NCBI GenBank assembly: GCA_964503955.1
Contig: CAZDCG010000004.1
Location: 16,181-80,180 of the forward strand
Direction: 5' to 3'
Length of the DNA: 64,000 bases
From: an uncultured Gammaproteobacteria bacterium
GTDB taxonomy: Bacteria; Patescibacteriota; Patescibacteriia; VMEV01; CAYQCH01
Made by a program: the position numbers and the translations under genes
Shown here: positions 1 to 9,613 of the stretch, one piece after another
How positions within the stretch are numbered: the first letter of the stretch is position 1
Layout of the letters: the number at the start of each line of letters is the position of its first letter
The notes under the pieces: model-generated
Seen by the model: only the letters and a program-made list of their open reading frames with translations
Told to the model about the DNA's origin: nothing
Database searches by the model: none

Positions 1-41
1 AGGCGAAAGCTCTTCTGAATCAAGCGTAAACAAATGAATGT

Positions 42-1538
42 TCATGTGGCTTGTTCGTGTTTTTTAAACGTGAGTAGTTCTGAGATAAACGCTTTTGACA
101 CGGTTCCGCTCAGCAGCAATGCGGCTCCGTACAAGCCGGCCGCGGCAATGATCCGCAGACCGTAATGCCATTCAGGCGTCATCATCAGAAAAATCGACAT
201 CAGCGCGCAGCCGAATATGGCTCCTCCCCAGCGCCTGAAGGACGGCACAATCTTACTGAATTTCACGAAATAGTAAAAGATCATCAATGAGACAAGACCC
301 TCGGTCACGACGGTCATGGCGGCCGCGCCCACGGGACCATAGAGCGGGATGAAAACAAAGTAGCCGACAAGCCCCACGATTGCTGTGATCGCGTAGGCCA
401 CGATAGTCGAACGCTGACGGTTCAGCGCCACGATCGCGTGGGCAAAGACGGCGTTAAAGAAAATAATACCGCTTGCCCAAATCAGCAGCTGCAACAGAAT
501 ACCTGATGAGCGAAAATCTTCTCCGGCGATCAGCGCCATCACGTCGCCGCCCACAAAGAGTGTTCCCACCATAATGGGCCAGGCAAGCAAGCTCATGGTG
601 TCAAAACCCTGCTGAACAAGCAACCGGAAGCGGTTTTTTTCGCCGGTCTGCCAATAGCGCGTCAGCAAAGGAAGCAGCAAGCCGGCAAATAAAACCGGAA
701 AGGTGGTCAGCACTTCAACGACCTTATACGCCGCGCCGTATAACCCCACTTCTTCTGGCGGGCGGACAACCGACAAAACAATGACATCGGTTTTCAAGTA
801 TAAAAGATTCAGCGCGATGCTTACGGCAATGGGCCAGGTTCTGCTCCAGATATCACGCCAGATCGGCAAATCAATGTGCAGGCTGATTCGTCCAAACTTT
901 TTTGCCGGCACGGCGAGCATACCGAATTGAACGATATTGCTTAAAATGACGCTGATCAGAATGCCGGTTAATCCCCATCCAAGGTAAATGGCAAGCAAAG
1001 TCGCAATCAATAAAAAAATACGGTTGCCAACTTCCGCGAGTGACACGTATTGCAAGGAGAGATGTTTTTGGTAAAACCCGAGAAAAATCTGATTGATGCT
1101 CATGAAAAAGAACGAAAGCGTCGTAATGGCAATGCCCGCTTTGACAAAGAACGGATACGGAAAAAAGATAACCAGCAGGGGAGCCAAACCAAGAAAGACA
1201 GCTGCTGAAATAGCTCGCAGAGAGAGGATATTTGCAAAAAGCAGGTCTTCATCCCACTTGCTATGTCCAAGCATTTGCGATGTTGTGAGGCTGAGACCGA
1301 AATCCACCAGGATACCGAAGAATTGTAAGAATCCCATGATGGTGGTGTAATACCCAAAACCCTCTTGGCCAAGCGAGCGGGTAATAAAACCGATTGTGAT
1401 CAATCCTAAAACCGTCCCGATACTCTTTCCGGTATATTGAATGATGGTGTGATGTGCGATGCGGCGGGCAAGCGACATGTTGACAAAGGGGAAGAATTCT
1501 GGCGGTGAACATGATACAATCATTGTACACCAAAACAC
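42..1538 (-). CDS. Polysaccharide/oligosaccharide flippase (Wzx/PST family, MOP superfamily); start may be GTG at 1538 or ATG at 1478
   Basis: 498-aa ORF with about 12-14 predicted TM helices; N-terminal R-x-LG...G-Y motif typical of PST-family flippases. Confidence 0.6.
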   Translation of the reverse strand: MFWCTMIVSCSPPEFFPFVNMSLARRIAHHTIIQYTGKSIGTVLGLITIGFITRSLGQEGFGYYTTIMGFLQFFGILVDFGLSLTTSQMLGHSKWDEDLLFANILSLRAISAAVFLGLAPLLVIFFPYPFFVKAGIAITTLSFFFMSINQIFLGFYQKHLSLQYVSLAEVGNRIFLLIATLLAIYLGWGLTGILISVILSNIVQFGMLAVPAKKFGRISLHIDLPIWRDIWSRTWPIAVSIALNLLYLKTDVIVLSVVRPPEEVGLYGAAYKVVEVLTTFPVLFAGLLLPLLTRYWQTGEKNRFRLLVQQGFDTMSLLAWPIMVGTLFVGGDVMALIAGEDFRSSGILLQLLIWASGIIFFNAVFAHAIVALNRQRSTIVAYAITAIVGLVGYFVFIPLYGPVGAAAMTVVTEGLVSLMIFYYFVKFSKIVPSFRRWGGAIFGCALMSIFLMMTPEWHYGLRIIAAAGLYGAALLLSGTVSKAFISELLTFKKHEQAT

Positions 1539-1540
1539 AT

Positions 1541-3940
1541 ATGAAAAGCGTGTTACGGATGAACCAGGCTTCTGAACAAGCGGCTCTTCATTGGCATTCG
1601 CCGGTGAGCGCTTTGTTTGGTCTTCTCGCGAAAGGCGCGATCTATTTTACAGCCCTTCTGGCTGTTTTTTTGCTGCCATCTCTTGTCTCCGCTCAGGCGG
1701 CAAATACGCATAAAGGGCAGGAAACCGTGCGCAGCCATGGTGTCATCAATCTCAAGCCCGGAGCGGCAATTACCTTTGAAATCCATTTCAAGAATACGGG
1801 AACCGCTGCCTGGAAAAACAGCGGAGCGAATTTTGTTGCTGTGGCAACAGTGGATCCGGAAAAACGGGACAGTGTGTTTGAACATAAATTCTGGGATGCT
1901 TCGTTCCGCCCCGCTTATTTGAAAGAAGCTATTGTCCGTCCGGGAGAAATCGGCACATTCCGTTTCCCGCTGCAGGCGCCAGACAAAACCGGTTCCTATG
2001 AAGAAACTTTTCAGGCGGTAGCTAAGAATCTCGCCTGGATTGGAGGAACAAAATTCACAATCCCGATCAATGTGGTGGAAACAATCGAATTGCCTGCTCC
2101 AATACCGCAAACCGAGGTTCAGACAAATAATGGTTTTGCCATCGCGGTGGATTATCCCGTGCAGGATGCTTCCTATTCCGCACAATGGGTGCAAGGCCAG
2201 AAATTATCACTTGCCGCCGAACCGGGCCAGCAAATTTTACAAACCATTGAAGTAAAGAATACCGGAACTGCAACCTGGAAGAATGCGGGCACGCGCTTTG
2301 TCTCCTTCTATACGGTTCGTCCAAACTATCATGCTTCTCCCTTTCATTCCAATGGCCCCGGGTGGATGAGCAAATCGCAAATCCGCCTTGCTTCAGACAC
2401 GGTAAAACCCGGGGAAACAGGAACCATGGTCGTGCTGCTGCAAGCGCCGTCCGCACCGGGCACGCATAAGGACCGTCTGCGCCTGGCAGCCGAAAACCAT
2501 ACGTGGATGCAGGGCGGAGAGCTTGAAATCGAAATCCAGGTGAATGGCCCGGCTGAGCAGGAATCTGAAACGCCAGGGGAAACCGGCGCGCAGCAATCAA
2601 ATTTGTATCGAGATCAGTCTTACGAAGCCATGATGCTGATCAGTTCGCATCGCAATCTCACGCTTGCGCCCGGCCAGACAATCACTTTTCAGGTTGGATT
2701 TAAGAATGTTGGCGCAAAAGCCTGGAAGAAGTCTGGCAATCGATTCATAAGCATGTATACGATTTCTCCCAATTACCGGGCTTCGCGATTTGCCACTCGC
2801 ACTGCGGCGGTGAATCCTGGCTGGATAACGCCAAGCCAGATCGCCATGTCGGAGGAAACCGTAGAGCCGGGGCAGATCGGATATTTCCGTTTTGATTTGA
2901 CCGCGCCGTCAACGCCGGGATCTTATACGGAACAGTTCCGCCTCGCCGCCGAGGATCATTCCTGGATTAAAGGAGGCGAGTTCACGCTGCCGATTACCGT
3001 ATTGCAAAGCGGCTCATTGCCCGTGATTGACCAGCCTTCAACGGGGCCAACAGATCTCGGTCCGATCATGCGCGTAGGACTCTTTGCATCTGATCAGCCG
3101 CTGAGCATTACCGCGGACAGTCCGTTTCAGGTGCGCTCAGGCTCAGGACAAGTATTGGCGGAAGTGCCGGCAAGAACGGAAGTGCAATTGGCGTACAACC
3201 GCAGCAATGGCATGTATGAGCTGCACTATGCCGCCGCGCATCTGACGACCTCCGACTATCTTGTCGCGCATGCTTTGGATAATCAGACCATCATGGAAAT
3301 TTTGTCGTATGAACGGCGGCTGCCATGGAATCCGGCCGTGAATGAAAATCTTTTCCGTGGCTCAATTGAGATCCGTTACAGCCAGGCGACCAACCAGGTC
3401 TGGGCAATCAACATTCTGCCTATGGAGCATTACCTGCGCGGAATTGCTGAAACCAGCAGTGAATCTCCCGTGGAATTTCTTAAAGTCATGACGGTGGCCG
3501 CCCGCACATACGCCACCTACCACTATGAACGGCAGACAAAGCACGCGGACAAGTATTTCTATGTTGACTCCGAATACGATCAGGTTTATCGTGGCTATGC
3601 TCTGGAGAAACGGCATCCAAGCCTTGTCCAAGCCGTGAACCTGACGACAGGACAGGTCGTTACCTGGACGGATCCGCAAACAGGCGAAACCAAGATCGCA
3701 ATCACTCCGTATTTTTCCAATAGCGACGGCCGCACGCGCGACTGGTCCGAAGTCTGGGGCGGGGAAGTGCCTTGGGCAAAATCTGTGCCTGTTCCGCAGG
3801 ATATCGGCAAAACCTTGCTTGGCCATGGCGTTGGAATGTCCGCCCGCGGAGGCCTCCTCATGGTGGTCAATGACGGCAAGACTTATGACCAGGTGCTGCA
3901 TTATTTCTTCCAGGGCATCCAGATTCAGGATCGGTACTAA
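1541..3940 (+). CDS. Secreted SpoIID/LytB-domain protein with three N-terminal about 110-aa repeats
   Basis: Signal/TM segment; three repeats carrying (F/V)KN(T/V)GTA(A/T)WK; C-terminal AARTYATYHY...YDQVYRGY...TTGQVVTW...YFSNSDGRTRDWSEVWG matches the SpoIID/LytB amidase-enhancer domain. Confidence 0.8.
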   Translation: MKSVLRMNQASEQAALHWHSPVSALFGLLAKGAIYFTALLAVFLLPSLVSAQAANTHKGQETVRSHGVINLKPGAAITFEIHFKNTGTAAWKNSGANFVAVATVDPEKRDSVFEHKFWDASFRPAYLKEAIVRPGEIGTFRFPLQAPDKTGSYEETFQAVAKNLAWIGGTKFTIPINVVETIELPAPIPQTEVQTNNGFAIAVDYPVQDASYSAQWVQGQKLSLAAEPGQQILQTIEVKNTGTATWKNAGTRFVSFYTVRPNYHASPFHSNGPGWMSKSQIRLASDTVKPGETGTMVVLLQAPSAPGTHKDRLRLAAENHTWMQGGELEIEIQVNGPAEQESETPGETGAQQSNLYRDQSYEAMMLISSHRNLTLAPGQTITFQVGFKNVGAKAWKKSGNRFISMYTISPNYRASRFATRTAAVNPGWITPSQIAMSEETVEPGQIGYFRFDLTAPSTPGSYTEQFRLAAEDHSWIKGGEFTLPITVLQSGSLPVIDQPSTGPTDLGPIMRVGLFASDQPLSITADSPFQVRSGSGQVLAEVPARTEVQLAYNRSNGMYELHYAAAHLTTSDYLVAHALDNQTIMEILSYERRLPWNPAVNENLFRGSIEIRYSQATNQVWAINILPMEHYLRGIAETSSESPVEFLKVMTVAARTYATYHYERQTKHADKYFYVDSEYDQVYRGYALEKRHPSLVQAVNLTTGQVVTWTDPQTGETKIAITPYFSNSDGRTRDWSEVWGGEVPWAKSVPVPQDIGKTLLGHGVGMSARGGLLMVVNDGKTYDQVLHYFFQGIQIQDRY

Positions 3941-4139
3941 CGCGTCTTTTATAAAGTTTGTCTAGACGAACGAGATTAAACGTGTTTACTAGAACTTCTG
4001 CTTTCCTGCTTGAGTTTGAACGTCGATTATGCGTTTCCAATTGGAGCAAAGCTCGTAAATGTTCAAATTCAAGTTCAAGCGGAAAGCAAAAGTTCGTGTT
4101 TGGCCAATTTCGCACGTCTAGTTAGACTACATAAAAAAG

Positions 4140-5117
4140 TTGATTATGATCTTGTTTCTCCACGGAGGCGATACGTATCGTTCCCGCCAAAAATTGAAGG
4201 AAATCAGAGAGAAATTTCAAAAAGAGGTTGATCCAAACGGATATAACCTCCTTGTTTTAGATGGAAATACGATCAAATCAGAACACCTTGCGCAGGCAAT
4301 CAGCGCGAGCCCCTTTCTTGCGCCAAAGCGCATGGTGATTGTTGAACAACTCAGCAAACTTTCTCTGTCAGAAGAGGAAGAAGAAAGCCTGGTTGGAGTG
4401 ATCAAGCGCGTCATGGACGAAGAGAATATTCTTGTTGTCTGGGAGGAGGAGCTGAAAAAAAAGGAACTTTCTGCGCCGGTATTCAAGGCGGTGCAAAAGA
4501 CGCAGTTCAATTTCGCTTTTGAACCCTGGAACCATCAGCAAGTAGCCGGCTGGGTTAGGCAGCGGCTCTCCGAACAAGGCATTGATATCGCGCCTGCCGC
4601 CCTGCAGCATCTCTCGCTTTCCGTGGAGGACAATTTATGGCTGGCCGCGCTTGAAACGGACAAGCTGATCCACTACGCGCAGGCAAATGAATTGAAACGC
4701 CTAGATGATTCGCATGTGAAAAACCTGGTAGCCGGAGGAGCGCAGGACAATGTTTTTGCTTTGGTAGACGCGGTAAGCGCGAATGATTTGAAAAAAGGTC
4801 TTTACCTGCTGCAGGATCAGATGAAAGCGGGCAGCCATGAACTTGAAATTCTTTCCCTGCTTTTTCGCCAGTACCGCTTGCTTGCGCAGGCAAAAGACGC
4901 GCAAAAAAAGGGGATGCCGGCAGCAGAAACAGCCAAAGCGTATCAAATGCATCCCTATGTCGCCGGCAAAATGCTTTCGCAGACGCAGCGGTTTTCAGAA
5001 GCTCAGCTGGCCGATACCTACAAGCAGCTCCTGCGCGCGGATAAGCTGATGAAAAGCTCAGGTTTACCAATGGACATACTGCTGACCAAAGCGGTTGCGC
5101 AAATCACGGCAACGTAA
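4140..5117 (+). CDS. holA: DNA polymerase III delta subunit-like (HolA family)
   Basis: 325 aa; N-terminal LFLHGGDTY plus the overall helical pattern of delta subunits; its position next to rpsT is common. Confidence 0.6.
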   Translation: MIMILFLHGGDTYRSRQKLKEIREKFQKEVDPNGYNLLVLDGNTIKSEHLAQAISASPFLAPKRMVIVEQLSKLSLSEEEEESLVGVIKRVMDEENILVVWEEELKKKELSAPVFKAVQKTQFNFAFEPWNHQQVAGWVRQRLSEQGIDIAPAALQHLSLSVEDNLWLAALETDKLIHYAQANELKRLDDSHVKNLVAGGAQDNVFALVDAVSANDLKKGLYLLQDQMKAGSHELEILSLLFRQYRLLAQAKDAQKKGMPAAETAKAYQMHPYVAGKMLSQTQRFSEAQLADTYKQLLRADKLMKSSGLPMDILLTKAVAQITAT

Positions 5118-5142
5118 AAAGCCCCCGCAGGGGCTTTTTTGG
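5118..5142. terminator. Bidirectional rho-independent terminator between holA and rpsT
   Basis: aaaagcccccgcaggggcttttttgg: GC stem with A-run and T-run on either side. Confidence 0.7.
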
Positions 5143-5151
5143 TGGAATCTG

Positions 5152-5415
5152 TTATTTCATGAGCTGCTTCATCTGCTTGATCAAACGCGACTTGCGGCGC
5201 GCGCCGGTATTCTTTTTCACGATGCCTTTCTGGACGGCTTTATCAATGGCCTTGATCGCTGATGTGAGGGAAGCTTCCGCTTTGCTGTTTTTCGCGGTAG
5301 CAAACTTTTTTGTCTGCTTTACCAAAAATTTGATATTGTCGCGAACACTTTGATTGTGAGCCTGTCGTTTGAAGGACTGTCTCAACGCCTTTCGAGCGTT
5401 TTTCATCTGTGGCAT
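5152..5415 (-). CDS. rpsT: 30S ribosomal protein S20
   Basis: 87-aa basic protein MPQMKNARKALRQSFKRQAHNQSVR... typical of S20. Confidence 0.9.
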   Translation of the reverse strand: MPQMKNARKALRQSFKRQAHNQSVRDNIKFLVKQTKKFATAKNSKAEASLTSAIKAIDKAVQKGIVKKNTGARRKSRLIKQMKQLMK

Positions 5416-5543
5416 AAAAACCTATGGAGGAATTAGAAACGGATTATGGGTGGGACTGAGTGATCCTCATTTAACGATAGATTCGCCTTTTTGTCAATTC
5501 CCGTTATCTATTTGCTTCTCCTTATCCTTATCCCCCTCCTTCC

Positions 5544-5855
5544 TTAGGACTGGGGAGGGAACTCTGTTTCCAGCTGGTGCAAAAGCACTCGCTGCATTTG
5601 CAGGTCGCGCTCCAGAAAGGTGATTTCCTGCTGGGATTGGCGTGTTTGCGCGGAGAGAACCTGGGATTCAAATTCCCAGGCATCGATCTCTTCCAATGTT
5701 TCGGCCCGTGAGCAGAGACGCTCAACAAGGCGGTATTTCAACTGAAGTTCTTCATGGTACCGTTCTTCGCGCCCAAGGCGTTCTTCAAGTTCGAAAATGG
5801 TATGGCGCAATTGTTCATTAAGCCGCTGAGCGATTTCAGGAGCGAGAGATTTCAT
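5544..5855 (-). CDS. Small coiled-coil protein (hypothetical), translationally coupled to the upstream LTD protein by an ATGA overlap
   Basis: 103 aa rich in E/L/R/Q heptads; the 4-nt overlap with the stop of the 5852..8050 ORF suggests an operon. Confidence 0.4.
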   Translation of the reverse strand: MKSLAPEIAQRLNEQLRHTIFELEERLGREERYHEELQLKYRLVERLCSRAETLEEIDAWEFESQVLSAQTRQSQQEITFLERDLQMQRVLLHQLETEFPPQS

Positions 5856-8050
5856 ACAAGGAATCGGTTAGTGATGGATTGAAGAAGCGGCCGCAAGGCC
5901 TGGAACACATATTTTTTACCGGCAAAAGCGGCGGCCGCTGAACCGATCAACCAGGGAATGGTTGCGGGAGCAGATTCGCTCTGGCCGGTATCAAGGTCGG
6001 GAGCGACGGTTGTCACTGCTTCAAGAACATATGCATCCCCAACGATATCGTGTGCTGAGCGGGGGATGATCTGCAGGCCGCTTCCGTCTCGATCAAGCAA
6101 ACCGGAAACAGTGATCGCGCTTTCTTCCTTGAATTGAGCCAGAGAAAGCTTTGCCTTTTTTAGATCAACAGACATTTCCTCGCCAAATACCTCGAGCAAA
6201 AGCTGGTCTTTGGCTTGTTCAATGAGGAGGCCGTTCACGAGGATCAGGGTTCCATTGGGCAGATCAGAGATTTCTTTAAGCGAAGCGGGTTCATAGGAAA
6301 AATGCTGGAGCTGGTCCAGAAAAACGATGTCGTCAGCCGAACGAATCAGAAGCCGCTCCGTTGTTTGCGTGACGGATTTTTCTCCGCTTACGCGGATGAT
6401 GCTTCCCGGTTCAAGCTCCGGCCAGAGCGCTTTGTGAAAATATAATTCCACGTTCATGAATGTGTCGGTTGATTGTATGCGCGCGGACCGGGCGGCAAAT
6501 GTGCCTGGCGCAACCGTAATAACTCCCTCAATCGTGACGGCTGTTTTTGGATCAATAGAGGGCCAGTCGTTCATGGAAATAGAGGCGATTGCGGATGCCC
6601 CTGCCTTGACTGCGAAGGATTTTCCTTCGTCCGTGGAATGTGTGGTAAGCGCCGCCGCGGCCTGGGCATTCGGTTCGCCGGGTGTAGGGACCGCTTCAAA
6701 CCAGATACCATCAGCAGACGTTGACCAGCTCAATCCTTCGTTTGATTCCTCATATTCAACTTGATCCAACACCTCTTGTTCATACGATAAAGTCAGCGTA
6801 TCAGCATCATTGTTCAGAGAAATCTTGGTATCGCTGCGATGAAGCAGGAGAAATGCGCCTGGTTCAAGGGAGCCGCTCGGCAGCGCATAGCTTGTTTTTT
6901 CATCCGCGATCGTGACTCCTTTCAGAGCAAGTATTTCTTGGCTTGTATTCAGCAATTCAATCCATTCCTGCGTATCGCTGCCAACGGGATTGGGCAAAAG
7001 CTCATTGATGATTAAGCCGAGGGGCGGAACGGTTGTTTCTTCGGCTTGCTCGATTTCAGAGGGAATTATTTCCGGGCTTTCCTCTTCTGCCGCAGCTTCC
7101 TTCTCCTCTTCTTCCTCGGCTGATTCTTGCTGATTATCATCAAAGTCAGGTGCCGGCCTCTGCGAGTTAATAGTTCCCCCGGTTGGCGCCGCCTCATACC
7201 AGCCTGCATCATCTCTGTTCAGGCTTAGGCCTTCTGTTGATTTTTCATACGATACCTCATCGATCACCGTATCAAAGGGATCAATAAGCCGTACTTGTTC
7301 ATTCGTATTGTTTAACGCAATACCGGTTTGCGTACGAGGCAAAACAAGATGCGCATTAGCAGGAATAATCGTATCTTTGAGAGTGTATGTTTTGCTTGCA
7401 TCAGCAAGCTTCCACATGTGCAAACTCACGGGCTTTGAAGTCGGATTAAACAATTCAATGAATTCCTGGCCGGCTTCGTCCCCCGCCGGATTGGCAAAAA
7501 GCTCATTGATCAGCAGCATGGCCGTTTCTATGACCGGTTCGGGTGCGGGGGATGCTTGAGGAGGAAGAGAAGGGGGTATTTCGTCTTCAACCGGGCATGC
7601 GAGAGGAGCCGGGATCAGGAACAAGTTGGCCCGGCCCGGCGTGGGAGAATCGGTTTTGACAAAACCATGTTCCGATAGGGCAAATGTGTTTCCTTCCATT
7701 GAAAATTGTATTTGATCAACGTTGTTACCAAGCGGATCGCGCAAGATCACATGAGAGGTTTGCGTCGAAATCTCTTTCCAAGCGATGACAAGGTATTGCT
7801 CAGGAGAGATGACGAAATCCAAAAGCAAACCGTCTCCGGTATTGCTGATGATTGACCAGCCAGCCAGATCAACGCGTTTGTCACCGTTGAACGTAAGTTC
7901 AATCCAGCCTGTATCCCCGTCGTATGCGGGCAGGGAAATTTCGCTGAATCGCACGGCAGCATGATCAACCTGCTCTTCCGTCTGGGCAGAGGCGGAAGGA
8001 ACAGGGATGGTAAAAAGAAGGAACAAAAAAACAAGAGCCCATCGCATCAT
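5852..8050 (-). CDS. Secreted lamin-tail-domain (LTD) protein with an acidic linker and C-terminal TM anchor
   Basis: Signal peptide; two INELxxNPxGxDxxxE(F/W)IEL(F/L)N motifs characteristic of LTD domains; an EEEEKEAAAEEE linker; a hydrophobic C-terminus. Confidence 0.6.
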   Translation of the reverse strand: MMRWALVFLFLLFTIPVPSASAQTEEQVDHAAVRFSEISLPAYDGDTGWIELTFNGDKRVDLAGWSIISNTGDGLLLDFVISPEQYLVIAWKEISTQTSHVILRDPLGNNVDQIQFSMEGNTFALSEHGFVKTDSPTPGRANLFLIPAPLACPVEDEIPPSLPPQASPAPEPVIETAMLLINELFANPAGDEAGQEFIELFNPTSKPVSLHMWKLADASKTYTLKDTIIPANAHLVLPRTQTGIALNNTNEQVRLIDPFDTVIDEVSYEKSTEGLSLNRDDAGWYEAAPTGGTINSQRPAPDFDDNQQESAEEEEEKEAAAEEESPEIIPSEIEQAEETTVPPLGLIINELLPNPVGSDTQEWIELLNTSQEILALKGVTIADEKTSYALPSGSLEPGAFLLLHRSDTKISLNNDADTLTLSYEQEVLDQVEYEESNEGLSWSTSADGIWFEAVPTPGEPNAQAAAALTTHSTDEGKSFAVKAGASAIASISMNDWPSIDPKTAVTIEGVITVAPGTFAARSARIQSTDTFMNVELYFHKALWPELEPGSIIRVSGEKSVTQTTERLLIRSADDIVFLDQLQHFSYEPASLKEISDLPNGTLILVNGLLIEQAKDQLLLEVFGEEMSVDLKKAKLSLAQFKEESAITVSGLLDRDGSGLQIIPRSAHDIVGDAYVLEAVTTVAPDLDTGQSESAPATIPWLIGSAAAAFAGKKYVFQALRPLLQSITNRFLV

Positions 8051-8160
8051 AAGAATGCGTTAAGAATAAAAAAGCCCGCTATCGGGTAGATAACGGGTGT
8101 GGGCTTGTTAAAGACATGATAGCACATTTCTGCAAACCCGGAAAGAGGGGGGCCTCGCAA

Positions 8161-8200
8161 CCCTAATTCTTAATTCCTAATTCCCAACCCTAATTCCTCC
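8161..8200. repeat. Tandem TAATTC repeats (ccctaattc ttaattc ctaattc ccaaccctaattc), with an inverted partial copy (attaggaat) about 40 bp downstream
   Basis: Direct reading of the sequence. Confidence 0.4.
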
Positions 8201-8240
8201 CGTCGAAACAGGAAGTATTAGGAATGAGGGGAAAACAAAA

Positions 8241-8262
8241 GCCCCTCGATATGAGGGGCTAG
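8241..8262 (-). terminator. Rho-independent terminator of the GT4 gene
   Basis: On the minus strand: agcccctc-atatc-gaggggct followed by ttttgtttt. Confidence 0.55.
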
Positions 8263-8271
8263 GATATTGGT

Positions 8272-9423
8272 TTATGCAGTCGGTTCAATGGACTTCAGCA
8301 GTTTTCGGAACGGAGCTTTGGCCACTTTGGTATACAGTTCAGTCGTCTCTGCCGCAATCTGATCCCAGTCATAATGACGCTGCACATGGGAGCGGCCCAG
8401 TCGGCGCAATGCATCGGTTTCTTCCGGCTTTTCAAGCAGCTCAATGAGCTTGTCTTTCAGATCTGCCACGTCGCCTGATCGGAAGAACATGCCGACACCT
8501 TCAGCGACTTCGCGGTTTTCAGGAATATCGCTTGCAAGCACTGCCTGACTGTAGCTGAATGCTTCAAGCAGAGCGATAGACAATCCTTCTGAAAGCGAAG
8601 GGTGCACAAAGCAGTACGCATGCGCGAACAGGGAAGCAAGAGCCTCGCCTGACTGTTTATCGGTAAAGATAATGCGGTCGTCGTTTGCGGCAAGCGCATG
8701 CAATTCCTGCACATAGTCATCGGTATATTCCGTACCACCGACAATGACCAGCTTTTTGTCAGTTTCCATTTGCTTGAATGCTTCAATCAGGAAGTGAATG
8801 CCTTTATGGCGGACAAGGCGGCTGATGCTGACGATATATCCCCCCGGAGCAAGGCCCCACTGCGCGAGCGGTTCGGGGGAAACAGATTCCGGGGCAACAG
8901 GAACGCCATTGGGGATATAATGCGCGGCAACCTGATACGCAGCCTGGACATGGTATTTCAACTCCTTTGACACGGTAATGGCCGCGTCTGAAAATTTCGC
9001 GGCAATGCGTTCGCCAAGACGAAGGCTCAATCGGGCAAAGTATCCCCATTTCTGATGGTTGTAGTCGGCGCAATGGATGGTGGCCACAATACGCGTGCGC
9101 GGTTTGATCAACCGGATGAGCGGAATCAGCAGAGACGGGCCAATGGCATGTACATGCACGATATCCGCCTTGCGGGTGGCCAGGTGAAGGATGGAAAAAA
9201 ACGTATGCGTAATCGCTTCCAGATGCTTGGTATAAATGGCGGGCGTATAAATGAGATGAACGCCATTTACGATGTCTGCGTCAGAACCTGTATAATGCTT
9301 TCTCGCATAGGCAAAAACCTCATGTCCATTGGCCGCGATTCGTGACGCAAGCTCCTCGACATGACGTTCTACACCACCGCCTTTGGCGGGCAAACCTTTT
9401 TGTCCGAGAAAGTAAATTTTCAT
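8272..9423 (-). CDS. Glycosyltransferase family 4 (GT-B fold)
   Basis: MKIYFLGQKGLPAKGGGVERHVEELA N-terminus and C-terminal E-x7-E style region typical of GT4; the ATG at 9421-9423 is preferred over the upstream ORF start. Confidence 0.8.
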   Translation of the reverse strand: MKIYFLGQKGLPAKGGGVERHVEELASRIAANGHEVFAYARKHYTGSDADIVNGVHLIYTPAIYTKHLEAITHTFFSILHLATRKADIVHVHAIGPSLLIPLIRLIKPRTRIVATIHCADYNHQKWGYFARLSLRLGERIAAKFSDAAITVSKELKYHVQAAYQVAAHYIPNGVPVAPESVSPEPLAQWGLAPGGYIVSISRLVRHKGIHFLIEAFKQMETDKKLVIVGGTEYTDDYVQELHALAANDDRIIFTDKQSGEALASLFAHAYCFVHPSLSEGLSIALLEAFSYSQAVLASDIPENREVAEGVGMFFRSGDVADLKDKLIELLEKPEETDALRRLGRSHVQRHYDWDQIAAETTELYTKVAKAPFRKLLKSIEPTA

Positions 9424-9613
9424 ACAATTCAACATCTTTGCGGAATTCCGCAATTTAACACAATCCAGGAAAAATGTCAACACTTCAGACCCATCTTGTC
9501 AGCGGTGCTGATGATAGCAAGTTATTGGCTAAAATTAGCCAATAACAATGTAATCTCTGCTGAGAAAACGTGGTTTTATCTCTGCCAAAGTCTGATATAC
9601 TGGGTATAACCGT

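Noticed and set aside
1553-3901. Several antisense ORFs (for example 1553..2194, 2067..2600, 3362..3901) inside the SpoIID-domain gene
   Set aside because: They overlap a gene with a clear conserved domain and a signal peptide; they have no RBS.
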